DNA of 64,000 nt from the NCBI GenBank assembly GCA_964016885.1, contig OZ024745.1, positions 88,412,001-88,476,000 of the forward strand, read 5' to 3'. A model generated the notes under the pieces. The model saw only the letters and a program-made list of their open reading frames with translations, searched no databases and had not been told where the DNA came from. Position 1 is the stretch's first letter; every line of letters begins with the position of its first letter. Below are positions 59,770 through 64,000 of this stretch, piece by piece. The DNA is from Eledone cirrhosa (taxonomy: Eukaryota). A program made the translations under genes and the position numbers.

Positions 59770-62350
59770 ATGTACCTTCAAGTAATAGATAGAATTTATT
59801 TATTCATGCATTCCAAATAATTATACATGATATAAATTGTATAAAATAAAATTATTTTAAAGAATAAACAGAAATTTAGGGAATATTCCAGAAACTATGC
59901 AACCACAAATAAACTTCTTAAAAACTACTTTTCTAGCTGAGGTTATAATGCTGTTTTCGAATATATAACATTATTTGTTTAGTTGAAATATCTTAAAAGT
60001 TGAAAATATAAATCCAATATCAGGTATAATTATGTACCGTATATAAATATGTATCGTATATAAATATGTATCTGATATACATTACTAGAAATGTAAAGAA
60101 TATAGTATTTATGCTATATAAATTATTTTGCATTCTGAAGTTATAACAGAAGTGTTATTGAAAATATCTCCTGCGTTCACTATGCATGAAATCTCGTTCA
60201 GGAACCTTCAATGCATACGCATTCTTGCAGCCTAAATTCGATTCTGTATTTACATTTGAAAACTGGTGCTAAGTCCTAGGCTGAATTTTATTTCCTTAGA
60301 CACAACGAATATTGAATTTTTCAAACAATTCTACACAAAAATATGTTGTTCTTAATTCAGAAATTCTCATGACGGAAGATGTTTATATTCATACACTAGA
60401 CATCGTATTAGATACGACATTAGAATATCATATGCTACATTCTAAGCCTATTACGTGAACCTATTCTATTTACATATAGGTTGTGTTTGAATATCAGAAC
60501 AGCTGTCATAGTCTAATGAAATTGGTTCCAATGGCATAGCAACTGCATCTGTTCATCTACTCACTATGATTATACAATCAAACTAATTATAGCTTCTAGG
60601 TTAAAGCAATAATTACAAGGAAGATTCATTAGGAATGTTATCGAAATACTATGGAGTTACGAATTCAATGTTATTAATTTGAAAGATTCATCAGAGTATA
60701 TTTCCACTAAGATAGGAATAATTGTTGTGAGGTTAAATATAACCAGAACCCAGAATAAAAATAAGACGAATTATTTATTTTGAAAATAACATCTGAATAA
60801 TGCTATAGATTCTTTATCAAAATAGAAGTGAGTGAATATTTGAATAATCTTCTTACGTTCAAGTACTATATTGAAATTGACAATTCTTCAAAGCAATTAT
60901 TATACTTTCACTTAGTATCTTCCTAAAATTATACTCATGAGACATTTTCAACAAACTAGTAATAACACGTGGGCAGGTAACCTTCAAAGTTTGTACATTT
61001 CTATGGTAAATTTCTTCATTTATAATTTATTTCACGAAATACTTCTATAGAAAGCCTGGAAACCAAACATCCATCAATCGCCGTTATATACAAAATTGAT
61101 TCCAAGCAATAGTTTGATGAACCTAGACCAAAACCATGGGTCAGCACTGGAGGCACTGATTAGATTATCTTCATATTTGATAAACTTAACAGGTTATTTT
61201 TAGTTGTGTTTCATTTGTTTTCAAGCACGATAATACTTGTTGGAGGCGATATAGAAATTAATAAGGTGATTGAATATGCTTAAATATTATCAAATGCTAG
61301 TAAACCAACATCTATCAGGAGGTCCCCCATCACCACTCACTCGTTGCTATAGTTACAATGACAATGAACTTTCGGGTGATATGCACCGAGATGTGATTAA
61401 ATTACACGATTAATCACAACAATGAGACATATATAGAGTATATATATAGAGTAGTTCCCGGCCACATATCCGCGAAGAGTGAAAAACAGCGAATATTGGA
61501 CGTGGTCCATAAAAATGCCTATAAACGTCAAAATATAACTTACAATTTGATTAAAAAGAATTATGCAAACGGTATATTGGTTATTGATAATTTAGCGTTA
61601 ACAAAATATTGCCACGAAAAAAGCCATAAAAATCGTGGAATATATTTATGATTCCGCGAATATGTGATGGTTTCCTCGAACAATTATTAGTTAGGTTCTA
61701 AGGAAAATTTCGCGAATAACCGTGACCGTGGATGTCCGCGAATGCCAGAGGTGTAATATATCCTGCTAACAATGATTCCAAATGTCTTAGTTTCATGTAA
61801 TGTAAACCTATTAAACATGTCTTAGTAAGTTTTTTCAAAATTCTTTGTTGAAATAGAGATTAGGAAATGGATTGTAGGTGTTATGAGATTTAATTGAAGC
61901 ACAGAATGATGTTGTTGGCATCAGCTGTAACAGAATTAGATATTTCTTGATTTGAAAATAAATTCAATAACTACACGGAATTATAATATCTAAAAGATTC
62001 ATTTTCAACTAGATGCCCACAAGTAATCGTAAGCAGCATAATTAAATTATACAATACGAATTGCGTTAGGAACATATGAATGCAATAACTACTTTTGGGT
62101 ATACTACACTGTACAAATAAATTATATAGATTACCTGCTTTTCGAATTAACTTAAATAATTCTGATTAAAATTTCATCATACGAAGGCACCAACAATCAT
62201 ATTATATCACTTACAGCGGACCTTCCATATTCCCCAATACACAAAGACTTAGAAATCAAATGCCGTGTACGTATCTAAAAACTACTTTCTTCTCAGGCAT
62301 TTTATGTTAAGGAGAATTAGTGAAAACTTTTAATATACTTTATATGTAAC
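59770..62350 (+). pseudogene. Probable heavily decayed intronless Toll-like receptor (LRR-TM-TIR) pseudogene
   Basis: Hand translation across stops and frameshifts gives fragments in TLR order: NRNLGNIPETMQPQINFL (LRRNT-like, ~59868), HEISFRNLQCIRIL and NLQSLYIS (LRR-like), NSLMNLDQNHGSALEAL..INLTG (pre-LRRCT-like), LFEL..YEGTNNHIISLTADLPYSPIHKDL (TIR-like, ~62140-62250). Confidence 0.42.
61445..61757. mobile_element. Tigger/pogo-like MITE remnant
   Basis: CpG-rich island with repeated CCGCGAAT(A) motifs near both ends and TA-like boundaries. TIRs are decayed. Confidence 0.4.
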
Positions 62351-62564
62351 AATAATCAGCATTCTGTTTTGAATTAATTAAATCTTGTTTTGCTCTAGAA
62401 TAGTGAAATTTTGACGAAGTACAACATATAAGTTCCATTAGTGCATAGTATCAATAGGTTTATATCATGTAAAGTATTATCAGTTTGTTAAGTCAATGCT
62501 GAAATTTAACTTATGGTAATGATTCACTGGAATACTATCGGCTATGGTTCGACTGAATCAACTG

Positions 62565-62788
62565 ATCTCATTTGAACTTCGGTAGGTAAAGAGCCCCAAA
62601 TTGAAGATCTCCGAAATTTTAGTTACAATCCTTTACGGTTTGAGTTCAAATCCCGCTGAGGTTAACTTTGCCTTTCATCCTTACGAGGTCGATACAATAA
62701 AGCACCAGTAACGTACTGGGATCGATTTAATCGACTTTCCCCTCACCCCAAAATTACTGGCCTTGTGCCTATACTAGAAATCATTATT
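62565..62788 (+). mobile_element. tRNA-derived SINE (long form)
   Basis: B-box, core, ATCGATTTAATCGAC segment and tail. Confidence 0.85.
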
Positions 62789-63202
62789 TAAATAGTTTCC
62801 ACAGTAACCTTATGAACAGCCAATGCGTATTTTCATGTTTATAATAGTGATATAACTATGTAACGGAAAGTTTATAATATTGATATAACTATGTAATTAT
62901 GTAACCCACTTGTAACGGAATTAGATTTTTGCTGGACAGAATTTAATTTTTTATAATGAAAATTAGAAAAATAATTTAGAAACATTCTAAATTTAAAAAA
63001 AATTCTTTCTTTATATTTTGAAATACATAAACATATTAAACAAAACTTCATAATATTTATTTAGTTGCAAATTATAGTTGCTAATCTCTTCAAAGATGTA
63101 TAAATTAAACATATGACTAGTGTATTTCCATAAATCGATACACATTAATAAATAATCTTAAATATCAGTTAAAATACTGAGTAAGTAGATTAAATTATAA
63201 AA

Positions 63203-63409
63203 ATGGTTTCTTATATAGGCACAAGGTCAGCATTTTTAGGGGAGCGGAAAGTCGATTAAATCAACCCTAGTACTTTATTTTATCGATCCCGTAAGGATGA
63301 AAGACAAAGTTAACCTCGGCGGGATTTGAACTTAGATCATAAAGGGCCGTAACTCTATGCTAGAAAGCATGGCGTCCGATACTCTACCGATACTGCCAAT
63401 CCATTGCCC
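63203..63409 (-). mobile_element. tRNA-derived SINE (long form)
   Basis: Matches the family consensus. Confidence 0.9.
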
Positions 63410-64000
63410 TAGATTAAATTATAATAATACTAATACTCGTGCACAAGTATGTGCACACAGAACCAATCATATATGAACGCTTTCATTTGAACACGGACAA
63501 ATACACTTGATCACAATATATTTATTTCCATCTTCATCATTGATTTACTTCAGTAAAATCTAATTTTTCTTCTGAAAATGTCCTCAGAGGTTTTAAGTTT
63601 TAAAATAACATAACATGTTGCCCTTTTTTCTGTGTCCATAAAATCGTTTGAGTTTTGTACTGCAAACTAAAGAAACACTCATCGATACCAGAGTTATCCG
63701 CAATTAGTATCACACTCGAAGGCTTCGAATAATACACAAAAGAGGTAAGTTGATAGCCAGAGGTTATTTTTCTGTATATATACTTTCTACTTATAAATTT
63801 CCTACTGAAGAATTGAAAAATACAATCGAACTGTGTAAAAAATACAATCGAAATGTGTAAAAAATTTCAAAAGAATGAAAAAGCTTTGGAATATGTCAGC
63901 CATGAAGCTACAAGAACGATAAATAGATATCAAACGAGATTACATGAAACCTACCCCTTTAGAATATATGTAATTGCATGACTGAGAAAAGGGAAATGAT

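Overview
This is AT-rich, microsatellite-laden animal genomic DNA with no intact host gene. The abundant tRNA-derived SINE and the repeat landscape suggest an octopus-like cephalopod (inference). It holds at least 5 families of Penelope-like elements (PLEs; RT followed by GIY-YIG), one decayed Gypsy LTR element, R4/Dong-, CRE- and RTE-like LINE fragments, Tc1/mariner and hAT remnants, a Helitron-like element, about 20 SINE copies, and a probable decayed Toll-like receptor gene at ~59.8-62.4 kb. The signal the ORF track misses is RNA structure. About 10 sequence-distinct families of type I hammerhead ribozyme (HHR) motifs lie in PLE pseudo-LTRs and in many ORF-less fold-back or tandem mini-elements inserted in (TA)n tracts. 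They include a family with a conserved 64-nt structured insertion in loop II, a family with an extra nucleotide between A9 and G10.1, U4C core variants, family-specific palindromic stem III sequences, and a 437-nt tandem retrozyme-like unit. All calls were made by eye, with no alignment, folding or database search, so boundaries are approximate to a few bases.
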